A stretch of 64,000 nucleotides of DNA from Limisphaerales bacterium (GTDB lineage Bacteria > Verrucomicrobiota > Verrucomicrobiia > Limisphaerales > JAJOIW01): NCBI GenBank assembly GCA_965657355.1, contig CBFHOE010000003.1, forward strand, positions 293,145 through 357,144, given 5' to 3'. A program made the translations under genes and the position numbers. Positions 9,256-19,334 of the stretch are shown here, piece after piece. Under the pieces are notes generated by a model. It worked only from the letters and a program-made list of their open reading frames with translations, searched no databases and was not told the DNA's origin. Numbering within the stretch: position 1 is the stretch's first letter; every line of letters starts with the position of its first letter.

Positions 9256-10887
9256 TTAGAATTTTTCCGCTGTCAAGCCTGGCCAATCGTCTGTCCTGAA
9301 AGGTGTCAATGGAAGCCCCTCTTTATTCTGGACGTTGCAAACGGGATTGTCTGCCCACCCATATCTAACGGCTACTGGGTTTGGAACTTTATCACTCCAA
9401 ACTTCTACAGTGGTATTATTAATGATTTTTGCATTAGCCCAGTGAAATTTTCTATCCTCGCCAGCAATAGCAAACCCCACAGGTGTTCTGAAGTCAAATG
9501 TGTCCAGGCCTCCACCGACGTAATCAAATGTCACAGTTGCCTTACCGCCTTTACTAGAAAACGATTTATAGACGGGACTTCGATAAACGATTTCATATCC
9601 GTAGTCTTTTGCTAAAGCCCAGCGAGCTAACCTTTTAGCGACGTTCTGTTTATCTTTGGGATGGATGTCATGAGCTTCACCCAGGTCTATGATAACGGCT
9701 TCACCTGTATTTGGTAGCTTGGACATTGTCATTGTTTGTGCTTCTCGAAGTTCTGCCCAATCGCTTTCCGCCGGTTCAGTTTTTTCATCTCTGAAATCTG
9801 CCAACTGGACCCAATAGAAAGGGAAATCACCTTGCCCCCATTCATCTCTCCAATTTTGGATCATTAGTGGAAACAGATCACGATACTGATAAGCTCGACT
9901 TGCATTGCTTTCACCCTGATACCAGATAGTCCCTTTGATTCCGTATCCAATAATGGGTCTTAGGACTCCGTTATAAAGATTTCCAGGACGATGCTGGTTA
10001 GTTAGCTGGTTTCTTGGGCGTCTTGGTTTGGCTGGAATTTTCTCACCTTTGATTCTTGCCTGAAAACTTTTTCTCTGCCAGTCCTCTAGTGACTTCTGGT
10101 AATTTTTCATGGCACTATTGAGTTTGGGGTCAGCTTCGGTTTTTGCCCATCTTTCTAAAAGTGGAGTAAATACGGATTTGTCTTTGAGAAGATCTCTGCG
10201 AACCCATGCCTCTGCCGAAGACCCTCCCCATGCATTGTCGATAAGTCCGATTGGCATGTCCAGAGTCTGGTGAAGTTGTCTCCCAAAAAAATAACCAACA
10301 GCCGAGAAATTCTTAACAGTCTCAGGTGTGCATTTTTCCCATTGGCCTTCGAAGTCATTTTGAGGAACCTGCGTGCCAACCTGCGGAATGCTTATGAGTC
10401 TAATATCAGGGTAATTGGCACTCAATGATTCCAGATCAGGATCGTTCGAAGCATTGATGGACCACTGCATATTAGATTGCCCGGAACAGATCCAGACTTC
10501 ACCAAACTTTACATCATTAATCTCTATGGAATTATTTACCCCTTCGATTCTGAGTCTGACCTCAGTTTTTGCTGGTAAAGGGTCTAATAAAACAACCCAC
10601 CTTCCATCAGGGCCAGTTTGAGTTTTATGAGATTGGATGATTCTTTCAGAAGAGGCATCGATTCTCGTTTGCGTCCGTTTTGGCGCGGCGCCAGTACTGA
10701 CAGTAACTGAAACCTCCTCCCCAGCCAAAGCCCATCCCCATACTGGATTTTCCTGATCTCTTTGGAGAACCATGTGATTCCCGAACAAGGAAGATACACT
10801 TACGGCGGCAGGTGAGATCACTGGGTTTGCGAGCAACACGATGAGCAAGCATCCCCAAAACACTGGTGTTTTGGTTAAGATTTTCAT
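9256..10887 (-). CDS. Sialate O-acetylesterase (SASA/DUF303 family carbohydrate esterase)
   Basis: A signal peptide is present. The catalytic block [13 protein letters not shown] (GQSNM), then [11 protein letters not shown] and IWYQGESN, are typical of 9-O-acetylesterases. Confidence 0.85.
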   Translation of the reverse strand: MKILTKTPVFWGCLLIVLLANPVISPAAVSVSSLFGNHMVLQRDQENPVWGWALAGEEVSVTVSTGAAPKRTQTRIDASSERIIQSHKTQTGPDGRWVVLLDPLPAKTEVRLRIEGVNNSIEINDVKFGEVWICSGQSNMQWSINASNDPDLESLSANYPDIRLISIPQVGTQVPQNDFEGQWEKCTPETVKNFSAVGYFFGRQLHQTLDMPIGLIDNAWGGSSAEAWVRRDLLKDKSVFTPLLERWAKTEADPKLNSAMKNYQKSLEDWQRKSFQARIKGEKIPAKPRRPRNQLTNQHRPGNLYNGVLRPIIGYGIKGTIWYQGESNASRAYQYRDLFPLMIQNWRDEWGQGDFPFYWVQLADFRDEKTEPAESDWAELREAQTMTMSKLPNTGEAVIIDLGEAHDIHPKDKQNVAKRLARWALAKDYGYEIVYRSPVYKSFSSKGGKATVTFDYVGGGLDTFDFRTPVGFAIAGEDRKFHWANAKIINNTTVEVWSDKVPNPVAVRYGWADNPVCNVQNKEGLPLTPFRTDDWPGLTAEKF

Positions 10888-11268
10888 GGTATTAGATGTT
10901 TCAATTCTGCCCCTTCCTCATGACTGAGTCCATAAAAAACTATGGCTCTTAGTAAACCCTTTAATCAGGTTCATGGAAAAAAAGTTAAGCTAAAGAATTT
11001 TTTACTCTGCTCTGGTGTGGCTTTGAATGTAGAAGCTCCGGGTAAAATTTTTTATTTATCGATTATCCGAGTCATCCATTGATCTCAGCAGTCAACTCAG
11101 CGTACGAATCGTATACCCAAAAAATTAGATTCACACAAGTAGGCTATATTTTTTTGAGCGATTGAGATAACTAGTCAATGGACATCCTTGTCCCATTCGA
11201 TGGTTACTTATATTCGAACAAATGCATGGTGCTTTTATTTTCCATTTAGAATAAACAAACAATGTTGC

Positions 11269-11297
11269 AAAAAAACCCTCCAAAAAATTTGAGAGGG
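11269..11297 (-). terminator. Intrinsic terminator downstream of the Zn-peptidase gene
   Basis: On the minus strand, CCCTC pairs with GAGGG (plus-strand 11276-11280 and 11293-11297) around a 12-nt loop, followed by seven U (plus-strand A run 11269-11275). It lies 43 nt past the stop codon. Confidence 0.6.
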
Positions 11298-11339
11298 TCG
11301 GCATTATTCAATTTAAAATCATTGGATGCTTAAATGCGT

Positions 11340-12026
11340 TTAATCGTCTGATCCTCCGATCAAAGGGAGCAGGTAATATAAAAGATAGGCTAGCGAAGTT
11401 AAGAAGGCTGCTACATACGTTAATGCTGCAGCATCCAACATTTTAGCCACTCCAGTAGATTCTTGGCCTCCCCTTACTATCGCTAAGTCACCAAGACACT
11501 TTTTCGCTCTTGCTGAGGCATCGAATTCAACGGGAAGAGTAATTAAGTTAAAGAACATGATTATTCCCCAACCAACGGCCATAATCATGAACCCTGTGCC
11601 TGTAGCGAATATGCCGGTGAACATCCCTATAATCGGCAACCACATAACCATTTGGTTGGCAATGTTGGTTGTTCCAGCAACTGCCATTCTCAAATTTAAA
11701 AGGCTGTATGACCTCGCGTGCTGAATGGCATGGCCGACTTCATGAGCAGCTATCCCAACAGCAGCGACTGATTTGCCATAATAATTTTGTTCCGATAAAA
11801 CCAAACGCTTATTCATGGGGTCATAATGGTCGATCAATTTACCTGGCTTGGCGACGACCTCGACGTCTTGAATGTTTTCCCTTCGAAGGATTTCGGCCGC
11901 TGCTTGCGCACCTGTGGCTCCAGATGACACCCCCAACTGTGAGTATTTTCTGTATTTGCCATTCACTTGAGATGAAGCCCAAAAGCTGATTCCGAGTGTA
12001 AATACTATAAGTAGTATAAATGTCAT
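11340..12026 (-). CDS. Membrane zinc metallopeptidase (YugP / Zn_peptidase_2 family)
   Basis: 228 aa. The HEXXH motif sits in AAHEVGHAIQH, with an N-terminal TM helix and C-terminal TM helices, as in the putative neutral zinc metallopeptidase family. Confidence 0.85.
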   Translation of the reverse strand: MTFILLIVFTLGISFWASSQVNGKYRKYSQLGVSSGATGAQAAAEILRRENIQDVEVVAKPGKLIDHYDPMNKRLVLSEQNYYGKSVAAVGIAAHEVGHAIQHARSYSLLNLRMAVAGTTNIANQMVMWLPIIGMFTGIFATGTGFMIMAVGWGIIMFFNLITLPVEFDASARAKKCLGDLAIVRGGQESTGVAKMLDAAALTYVAAFLTSLAYLLYYLLPLIGGSDD

Positions 12027-12853
12027 TTTGCTTAGTTTTTAGTTTTTAGACGTTATAAGACAGCGTCCTAACCTCCATCAAGAATCCTCAAAAATCCTTC
12101 AATGTCAATAACGGTATATCGATATAAATATAGCAAAGCTGTTGTAAACTTTTAAATGGATTGACGTGTTAACATGGGCAAAGGAGACATTCCAAACATA
12201 GAGATAGTGCTCCATTATTAACACAAGCGGCCTCACATAATCACTTGCCCCATGTTTTTAAATGAGATTAGAAAATTATTTCTAAAAAAGTGACAGTTCG
12301 ATTAATTGATTTTTATCTTGGACTGGGCCACTAATGTGGGATCGGGAATGTGTGTCCTATGATATTATGAGTCTCTCGCAGAAACCGCCATCGAGGTCGC
12401 ATTTGAGTGGTCATATTTTTAATCTCATTACAAAAGATCGGGAAAGTCATTTTTGTCTGGCTCTCCAAATTGCATTTCCTGGCTTGCAATGAAAAGGAAG
12501 GCCCTACTTCTTGGTTTGGATCCTTCGCTTTTGAAAATCACAAAATGAAAAAATAGATTGATTTCATCTGATGCCCTCTCAAGAGAGAAAGATCGCCAAA
12601 TTTGCTTCCCTAAATATTAGACAGAAAAGCAGAAATTCTTAAATTTCAGACAAAACCTAAACGTTTGTTGAGGTTCTTACTTAACGTTTCTCATACTCTC
12701 CGTTGGTTGATATGAGTTTTGTAAAAAACAAAAATTTTATGTCTAGAATTTGTTTAACAAAAAAGTTGTACACGGATTTGCGATGTCGAAGAACAATTAT
12801 ACGGTGCTTTGGAAATCAATATCGATTCAAACCAATTGTTAATAACACCAAAA

Positions 12854-14482
12854 ATGAAATTCACAAAATATGTAGCGGCTTCAGTCTTGGCTCTCTTCAT
12901 TGCGATGGGTAGCGCTCAAGCCGAAAAGAAAAATATCGTCGAAACTGCAGTCGGAGCAGGGCAATTTAACACGCTCACCGCCGCACTAAAAGCAGGCGGT
13001 CTAGTGGAAGCACTTCAAGCAAAAGGACCTTTCACGGTTTTCGCTCCAACAGATAAGGCATTTGCAAAACTTCCTAAAGGGACTGTTGAATCCCTTCTGA
13101 AGCCCGAAAACAAGGCAAAACTAGTAGATATCCTGACTTACCACGTTGTCTCTGGTGAAGTCCCCAGCAAAGTCGCTGTGACGTTGACAGAAGGCAAGGC
13201 ACTCAACAAAAAATCTTTCAAGGTCAACAATACGAAAAATGGCCTCTACATCAATCGATCCAAAGTTGTCATGGCCGACATTGAATGTTCGAATGGCGTC
13301 ATTCATGTTATTGATTCCGTGCTTTTGCCACCTGCCGAAAAAGCTGCTGAGCAAAAGAACATAATTGAAACCGCTGTCGGTGCTGGTTCTTTCAAAACAC
13401 TCGCAGCAGCACTTAAGGCCGGTGGTCTCATCGAAGCCCTTCAGGCCAAGGGACCATTTACAGTATTTGCTCCCACGGACAAAGCATTTGCTAAGCTTCC
13501 TAAGGAAACTGTTGCTTCCCTCCTCAAACCCGAGAACAAAAAGAAACTTGTCGACATTCTTACATACCACGTTGTTAAGGGGGAAGTTCCAGCCAAGGTC
13601 GCTGTCACGCTCACTCAGGCAAAAGCTCTTAACAAAAAAACCTTTAAAATCAACAACACCAAAAAAGGCCTATACATCAACAAATCTAAAGTTGTAAAAG
13701 CTGATATTAACTGTTCAAACGGAATCATTCATGTCATTGATACTGTTTTACTACCACCAGCAGAGAAGAAATACCAAAAAGCTTCCAACCAGAAAGATAT
13801 CATCCAGACAGCAGTCGGCGCGGGTGCTTTCAAAACCCTGGCGGCAGCGCTAGAAGCTGGTGGTCTAGTAGAGGCCCTTCAAGCTGATGGTCCTTTCACT
13901 GTTTTCGCCCCAACAGATGATGCATTCGCCAAGTTGCCAAAAGGCACTGTTGAATCTCTCCTCAAGCCCGAGAACAAAGACAAACTTGTTGACATCCTGA
14001 CATACCATGTTGTTGCCGGCAAGGTTCCTAGCAAAGTTGCTGTGACCTTAACGAAAGCGAATGCTCTTAACAAAAAATCATTGGGTATCAAAAACACCGC
14101 CAATGGATTGTTCATTAACAAATCCAAAGTGATTAAAGCTGATATTGATTGCTCAAACGGAGTCATTCATGTCATTGATTCTGTTCTACTTCCACCAGCT
14201 GGAAAAAATTACGAAAAGGCTGAAAACGAAGATGTTAAGAAATTTCTATCTACAGCTATCAACCATGGAGTATCTCATTTTAATGTTGGTAACCATAAGA
14301 CTTGCGAAGCCATATATTCGATAGCTGCTCAAGCATTGGTCATGATGCCTGATTGTTCTGTTTCGCAAACTGACAAAAACAGAATGAAAATGGTTATTGA
14401 CCAAGCGTCACGATCACACGATAGCACCAAAGATTCCTGGGCTTTCAGGAATGCTTTTGATCAAATGCTAGTTTCTCAATAA
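12854..14482 (+). CDS. Secreted protein with three tandem fasciclin (FAS1) domains and a Cys-containing C-terminal domain
   Basis: The ATG at 12854 gives the signal peptide MKFTKYVAASVLALFIAMGSAQA. There are three copies of ...TAVGAG.F.TL.AAL.AGGL.EALQA.GPFTVFAPTD.AFAKLP...LTYHVV...NG.IHVID.VLLPP. Confidence 0.9.
   Translation: MKFTKYVAASVLALFIAMGSAQAEKKNIVETAVGAGQFNTLTAALKAGGLVEALQAKGPFTVFAPTDKAFAKLPKGTVESLLKPENKAKLVDILTYHVVSGEVPSKVAVTLTEGKALNKKSFKVNNTKNGLYINRSKVVMADIECSNGVIHVIDSVLLPPAEKAAEQKNIIETAVGAGSFKTLAAALKAGGLIEALQAKGPFTVFAPTDKAFAKLPKETVASLLKPENKKKLVDILTYHVVKGEVPAKVAVTLTQAKALNKKTFKINNTKKGLYINKSKVVKADINCSNGIIHVIDTVLLPPAEKKYQKASNQKDIIQTAVGAGAFKTLAAALEAGGLVEALQADGPFTVFAPTDDAFAKLPKGTVESLLKPENKDKLVDILTYHVVAGKVPSKVAVTLTKANALNKKSLGIKNTANGLFINKSKVIKADIDCSNGVIHVIDSVLLPPAGKNYEKAENEDVKKFLSTAINHGVSHFNVGNHKTCEAIYSIAAQALVMMPDCSVSQTDKNRMKMVIDQASRSHDSTKDSWAFRNAFDQMLVSQ
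12926..14204 (+). repeat. Three in-frame tandem ~420-440-bp FAS1-encoding repeats
   Basis: The repeat units begin at 12926, 13352 and 13790. Long identical peptide runs (GPFTVFAPTDKAFAKLPK, SLLKPENK, KLVDILTYHVV) are shared between units. Confidence 0.85.
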
Positions 14483-14519
14483 TCATTATTTGCGATTTAG
14501 TAATAATATAAACATAAAA

Positions 14520-14548
14520 CCCGTGGACTCTAGGTTCACGGGTTTTTT
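14520..14548 (+). terminator. Intrinsic terminator after the fasciclin gene
   Basis: Stem CCCGTG (14520-14525) pairs with CACGGG (14537-14542), followed by TTTTTT. Confidence 0.75.
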
Positions 14549-14826
14549 AGCATCATGATAGAACTGAATTTATGAGTTTGGAAACTGCCTATTTGTATTA
14601 TCGAGTGGGGTGAAGCTGTTGATTCCTAACCTTTTCTTTAAATACAATTCATAATTATTTTTTCGTTCAAAACAGGGATTCATTTCCAGTGAAGTCTGTT
14701 TTGATCTTAATTTTTCGAAATTATCTTCGTTTAAATACGTGAGCATTATTTTGGTGACGTTTCAGGTTATTTTGCCGTAAAACGGAATAAGGATGCAGGG
14801 TGCGTTAATGAGCACGGAATACGATA

Positions 14827-16761
14827 GTGATTTATAGACCAGATATTGACGGGCTGAGAGCCATCGCTGTTCTCGCTGTTTTGTTTTTTCACGCCGGGCT
14901 TGGTTTCTCTGGTGGGTTTGTTGGCGTGGATATATTTTTTGTGATATCTGGTTTTTTAATCACTAGCATTATTATCAAGGACCTTTCTGCTGGTTCATTT
15001 TCCATACTTCACTTTTGGGAACGTAGGGCTCGTCGAATTCTTCCTGCCCTCTTCGTGGTTGTTCTTTTCTCTCTTATTTGCGGATACTTTCTCTTTTTTC
15101 CATTTGATTATTTTCGTCATGGATCTTCGGCTCTTATGCTGACTTCGTTGGCTTCCAATATTTATTTTTGGAGGAACTCAGATGGTTATTTTACAGGGCC
15201 GGTAGAAACAATGCCTTTGCTTCACACTTGGTCTCTATCCCTGGAAGAACAATTTTATGTAATAATGCCATTTGCCCTTTTACTATTATTTAAATTGGGA
15301 AGAGTAAAACTTATCATTAAGGCGCTCGCTGCGGTGGCTTCGATAAGCTTCTTTCTCTCTGTATATGGGGCGTTTGAATACCCATCTGATACATTTTATT
15401 TATTACATACAAGAGCATGGGAATTAGTTTTAGGCTCGCTTATCGCCTTTGCTCCCGGAATATCCAGTCAAAAAATAAGAATTACCATGTCGTGGGTTGG
15501 GATGATTTTTATTACAATTCCCTTTTTCTTATACAGTGGCGAGATTCCTTTTCCCGGATCAGCCGCCCTGCTACCCGTTGGTGGTACCGCTTTTATCATT
15601 TGGGCAGGAATAAAAAATAATAGGGATCAAAAAGATTGTTTAATCCATCAGTTGCTTTCTCATAAAATCCTTGTTTGGATTGGGCTATTATCCTACTCAC
15701 TCTATCTCTGGCATTGGCCACTCCTCGTTTTTAACGACTACATAGAAATGTGGAAAAATTCAGTTAGCGTGAAAATTTTTATCCTCATGATTTCACTTTT
15801 CTTATCCTGGCTTTCATACAAATTCATTGAAAAGCCTTTTAGAACAAAGAAACTAATAAAGTCACGTAATTCTGTTTTTATAATTAGTGCTGCCGCGATG
15901 ATTACGATTTTTTCACTCGGGTTGTTTATTAGACTTCAGGATGGGAAGGTTACCAGAACACCAGTGATCGAATTAGGGCAGAGAAGCCCTTTTCATGATC
16001 TTGAATTGCGTTTGAAAGTCGGTGATAAAATACCTGATTCATTACCAGTTTTAGGAAATAAAAAAAACGCGCCAACCTATCTCGTTTTCGGGGATAGTCA
16101 TGCCCAGCCCATTGCGCCCGAATTGGACCGTTTCAGTAATCAAAATGGGCTAACTGGACTTGCTTTTTGTGACTCCGGGAATCCTCCGTTAGTTGGCATG
16201 CATTCCAAGTTTCTCCAAAAACAAAGAAGAACCAACAAAAAAATCCTTTTCGATTTTTTGTCCCAAGGGCGGGAAAAAAACGGAATTGAGCGAGTCTTTC
16301 TCGTGGGAAGGTGGTGGTTATATATCCATGAAAGAGGCTTGCTCACTAAAGAATCACTAAACTTCTCGCAAGCCTTGATCGAAACAATCAGTTTCCTGAT
16401 CGATAATGACTATGAGGTGGTCGTTATGGAGCAGGTGCCCCAATTTACAGATCTTCTTATGCCTGAACTGAAAGAATGGTATATCAAATTTGATACCCAT
16501 TCATTCAGCTGGAAAGCAAAAGAAAATTATTCCATGTCTGAGAAAGAGCTTAACGGGCGATTTCAAAAGCAAAATGAGATTTTTACGAAACTCAAAGCCC
16601 AATTTCCGACGGTGAAATTTCTTGACCCTCTAAAATTATTCCTCACCGAAAATGAGTTCAAACTCAAAGATGAAGGGGGATACTTTTACTGGGACGATGA
16701 CCACCTCACTGAATATGGTTCCTCAAAACTGCGCCCTTTCTTTAGATACCTAATGGATTAA
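14827..16761 (+). CDS. Acyltransferase family 3 (OafA/YrhL-type O-acyltransferase) with a C-terminal SGNH-like domain
   Basis: The N terminus YRPDIDGLRAIAVLAVLFFHAG is followed by about 10 TM helices and a ~270-aa soluble C-terminal domain containing VFGDSHA. The start codon is GTG. Confidence 0.85.
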   Translation: MIYRPDIDGLRAIAVLAVLFFHAGLGFSGGFVGVDIFFVISGFLITSIIIKDLSAGSFSILHFWERRARRILPALFVVVLFSLICGYFLFFPFDYFRHGSSALMLTSLASNIYFWRNSDGYFTGPVETMPLLHTWSLSLEEQFYVIMPFALLLLFKLGRVKLIIKALAAVASISFFLSVYGAFEYPSDTFYLLHTRAWELVLGSLIAFAPGISSQKIRITMSWVGMIFITIPFFLYSGEIPFPGSAALLPVGGTAFIIWAGIKNNRDQKDCLIHQLLSHKILVWIGLLSYSLYLWHWPLLVFNDYIEMWKNSVSVKIFILMISLFLSWLSYKFIEKPFRTKKLIKSRNSVFIISAAAMITIFSLGLFIRLQDGKVTRTPVIELGQRSPFHDLELRLKVGDKIPDSLPVLGNKKNAPTYLVFGDSHAQPIAPELDRFSNQNGLTGLAFCDSGNPPLVGMHSKFLQKQRRTNKKILFDFLSQGREKNGIERVFLVGRWWLYIHERGLLTKESLNFSQALIETISFLIDNDYEVVVMEQVPQFTDLLMPELKEWYIKFDTHSFSWKAKENYSMSEKELNGRFQKQNEIFTKLKAQFPTVKFLDPLKLFLTENEFKLKDEGGYFYWDDDHLTEYGSSKLRPFFRYLMD

Positions 16762-17167
16762 GAATGGACCGGCCTTTGACTTTCAGCTTGAGCGGCTGCT
16801 GGATCAATAACCAAACCTTTGATTCGTTGGCCCAGCAAAGCGGGGAATCCAATCCAACCCGAGGAATTCTCCTCCAACTACTCGAGAGCTGAAACTGTGT
16901 TTTCGTTTATTTAGGTTATCCAGAGTCCCGTTTCACGCATCGCCGAGATTTTGCAATGTCTTCTCCTTCCGGTTTGAATCATTGTGGGTCCAACATATGG
17001 GATAACCCTTTAATGGAATCTTCCTTTGCGAATGTATCAGCCGTCGATAGAGTCATTGCAACGGGTGATACGATAGTTATCGCAGGAGCTACCCATATTA
17101 ATCTATAGGGCTCTTTTTATACATGCCCCTACCCCTGATTGCGGTAAGTCGAGCTCTATGCTTTCAT

Positions 17168-18229
17168 TTAATTTTTCGCGAAGCTGATCTCGGTGAATGG
17201 TATAATATGTTCGATACGTTGATTTCCTCGAATATCCCAGACTTCAGACATTAAATAAGGTTTGTTGTCGGAGAAATTGATGGTTATAAGCCCAAAATGG
17301 TTGTCCATAATCGGGCCTTCAATTCGATTTTTATTTGGTGTCGCAAATTTCCATGTCGATGACAAACCACTTGCTGTCATGTCATACAATGGGTAACAGC
17401 CCTTACTTTCCAATTTGGATATTTCTGCGTAGTGGACATCGCCGCTCAGAAAAACAACATGATTGGCTTGAGTCTTTTTTATGAGGTCAATCATTCGTTT
17501 TTGTTCATGTGGGAAATTTGCCCATGCTTCGTAACCATTGTACTCGATGCCAAATTGAGTGCCTGAAGCAATGATTCTAAAGTCTGCTGGTTTAAGCAGT
17601 TCGCGCTCGAGCCAGCTCCATTGTTTTTCCCCGAGAAGTGTCATTGAGGTGTCCGTGTGTGGGGAATAATCTAAGTGATAGAAAAAGCGCCGGTCTTTAT
17701 TTTTTTGATCTCCAGGTAAAAGGTTGTCCCGGAAGGTGCGCCCATCTAATAAGATGATTTGTATGGTATTCCCGGCGACCTCACGAAAAACTGAGTGGTA
17801 GATCCCTTCATGCTTATATCTTTCTGAATCCTCAGGTTCTTCAAAAAATTCCAGAAAAATTTCTTTGGAGGCTTCTTTTTTTGGGTAGTATTTCCCTGCA
17901 TCATTTTGACCATAATCGTGATCATCCCAGGTCGCTAAAATTTCAGTGTTTTCTTTGAGGTTTTTATACGAGTCTTTACTGCCCAGTAGTTGATATTTTT
18001 TCCGAAGGATATTCATGTCATTGGTGTCGCCATAGATATTATCACCAAGAAAAATAAACGCGTCCGGTTTATGGTTCACAACATGATTAAGAATTGGTAG
18101 TGGGTGATTCTGGCTTCCACACGATCCAAAGGCGATCTTAAAAATATGATTTGATGATGATTCATCACCTTCGATTACCCAAGGGCTAAAAAGGAGACAA
18201 AACGCCAAAATTTGTGCAGGGTATTTCAT
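17168..18229 (-). CDS. PhoD-like metallophosphatase (alkaline phosphatase D family)
   Basis: A signal peptide is present, along with the metallophosphoesterase motifs FLGDNIYGD, TWDDHDYG and LSGDVHYAE. Confidence 0.75.
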   Translation of the reverse strand: MKYPAQILAFCLLFSPWVIEGDESSSNHIFKIAFGSCGSQNHPLPILNHVVNHKPDAFIFLGDNIYGDTNDMNILRKKYQLLGSKDSYKNLKENTEILATWDDHDYGQNDAGKYYPKKEASKEIFLEFFEEPEDSERYKHEGIYHSVFREVAGNTIQIILLDGRTFRDNLLPGDQKNKDRRFFYHLDYSPHTDTSMTLLGEKQWSWLERELLKPADFRIIASGTQFGIEYNGYEAWANFPHEQKRMIDLIKKTQANHVVFLSGDVHYAEISKLESKGCYPLYDMTASGLSSTWKFATPNKNRIEGPIMDNHFGLITINFSDNKPYLMSEVWDIRGNQRIEHIIPFTEISFAKN

Positions 18230-19334
18230 AGGATTTAAGATTACCCAGGTTTCGCCTCAAATGCCAACCACTTCTAAAAATATAGTCCGGCGCGAAAGAG
18301 CTTTTATTTTTTGTGAAGAAGTCTAATAGGACAAGGTAGTATTACCAACGGGTAACGTTCCTGAAAACTTTCGACAGTGAGGAAGAATAATGACCAGATC
18401 TAAATGAAGAAGATCGTTTTAAAAACCAAACCATATCACACACAAAAACCTGGCTCATAATACGATAAAATTCCCGAAGTTCTCTCATTTATTTGCTTGA
18501 TCCTTGAAATCTGGACACAGTCAAAACGACACTGGATGAAAAACTTGCCCTTTGCTACCAGATCATAATGTTATCAGCTAGGCGTGGATTACTTAATGCG
18601 CGCGGAATACGAACTGGTTACACCCACTGGCTTGGTTCGGAGCTATCTAGGGAAGTTCGCTTCTTTATAGGTTTCGTTAGTAAGGAGGCAATCAATAATA
18701 ATAGCAATGTCGGACTGGTGCTAAAGCACTTTCTAAGAATTCAAACAGAGTTGACTAAACTGATCAGAAGGCATTTGTCTGAAGGAGAAAACGAGAAAGA
18801 ATTCGTTGAGGAGGTAAAACGGCTGGAGTAAGTTCACAACGTGACAAAAGAGGAAGATACGAAACTCCGCAGAGAATAATTCAAAGGTGACTATGAGCTT
18901 GCTGGTATTGAGCTTGTGTATTGGAGCAACATTTCTCTATAAAGTCGGGTTTTCCTAAAAAAGAAACTTCAAGGCAATGTAGCAGATTTTCATGAATACA
19001 ATACTTGGAATTGATTTAAAGCAGAACTCTATTAATCGCGACTAGTTTGCCTACCTGCAGCTGTTCTTTTGGCTATCCAAAAAGTCGCTAGGTCGGACTG
19101 GCTTCTTTAGTCTCATTGATTTCAGTAGAATTTATTACGTCCTCAAAAAATACACAATAGATCAGCTACATTGAGCGGGTAACAGATGAAAGTGAGAACC
19201 CGAAGGTCAATTCCTTCCCAGGATGCCACCTCGGCAAGCCTATTGATCGCTTAGGCATTAGGAGGTTTCACTCAAATAATACCCACCCTATCATAATTAT
19301 TTCTTTGTCCGAACGTCAAAAGACAGGCACGCCG

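Noticed and set aside
13121-13697. ORFs 13121-13570 (-) and 13365-13697 (+) inside the fasciclin gene.
   Set aside because: They overlap a frame with three unmistakable FAS1 domains, and their translations are low-complexity. They are shadow ORFs.
18568-18831. An 87-codon ORF in the gene-poor DNA left of the NOS gene.
   Set aside because: It has no recognisable motif and no obvious RBS, and it is isolated in a decayed region. It could be real island cargo, but I cannot support it as a feature.
19202-19217. A T-arm-like hairpin GAAGG-TCAATT-CCTTC that partly resembles the T arm of the nearby tRNA-Arg (GGTTCAATTCC), considered as an att-site or tRNA-fragment marker for the left end of the island.
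   Set aside because: Only about 10 nt match, and the match is imperfect. The loop is 6 nt rather than 7. No acceptor, D or anticodon arms can be folded around it. The evidence is too weak to call an att repeat or pseudo-tRNA.
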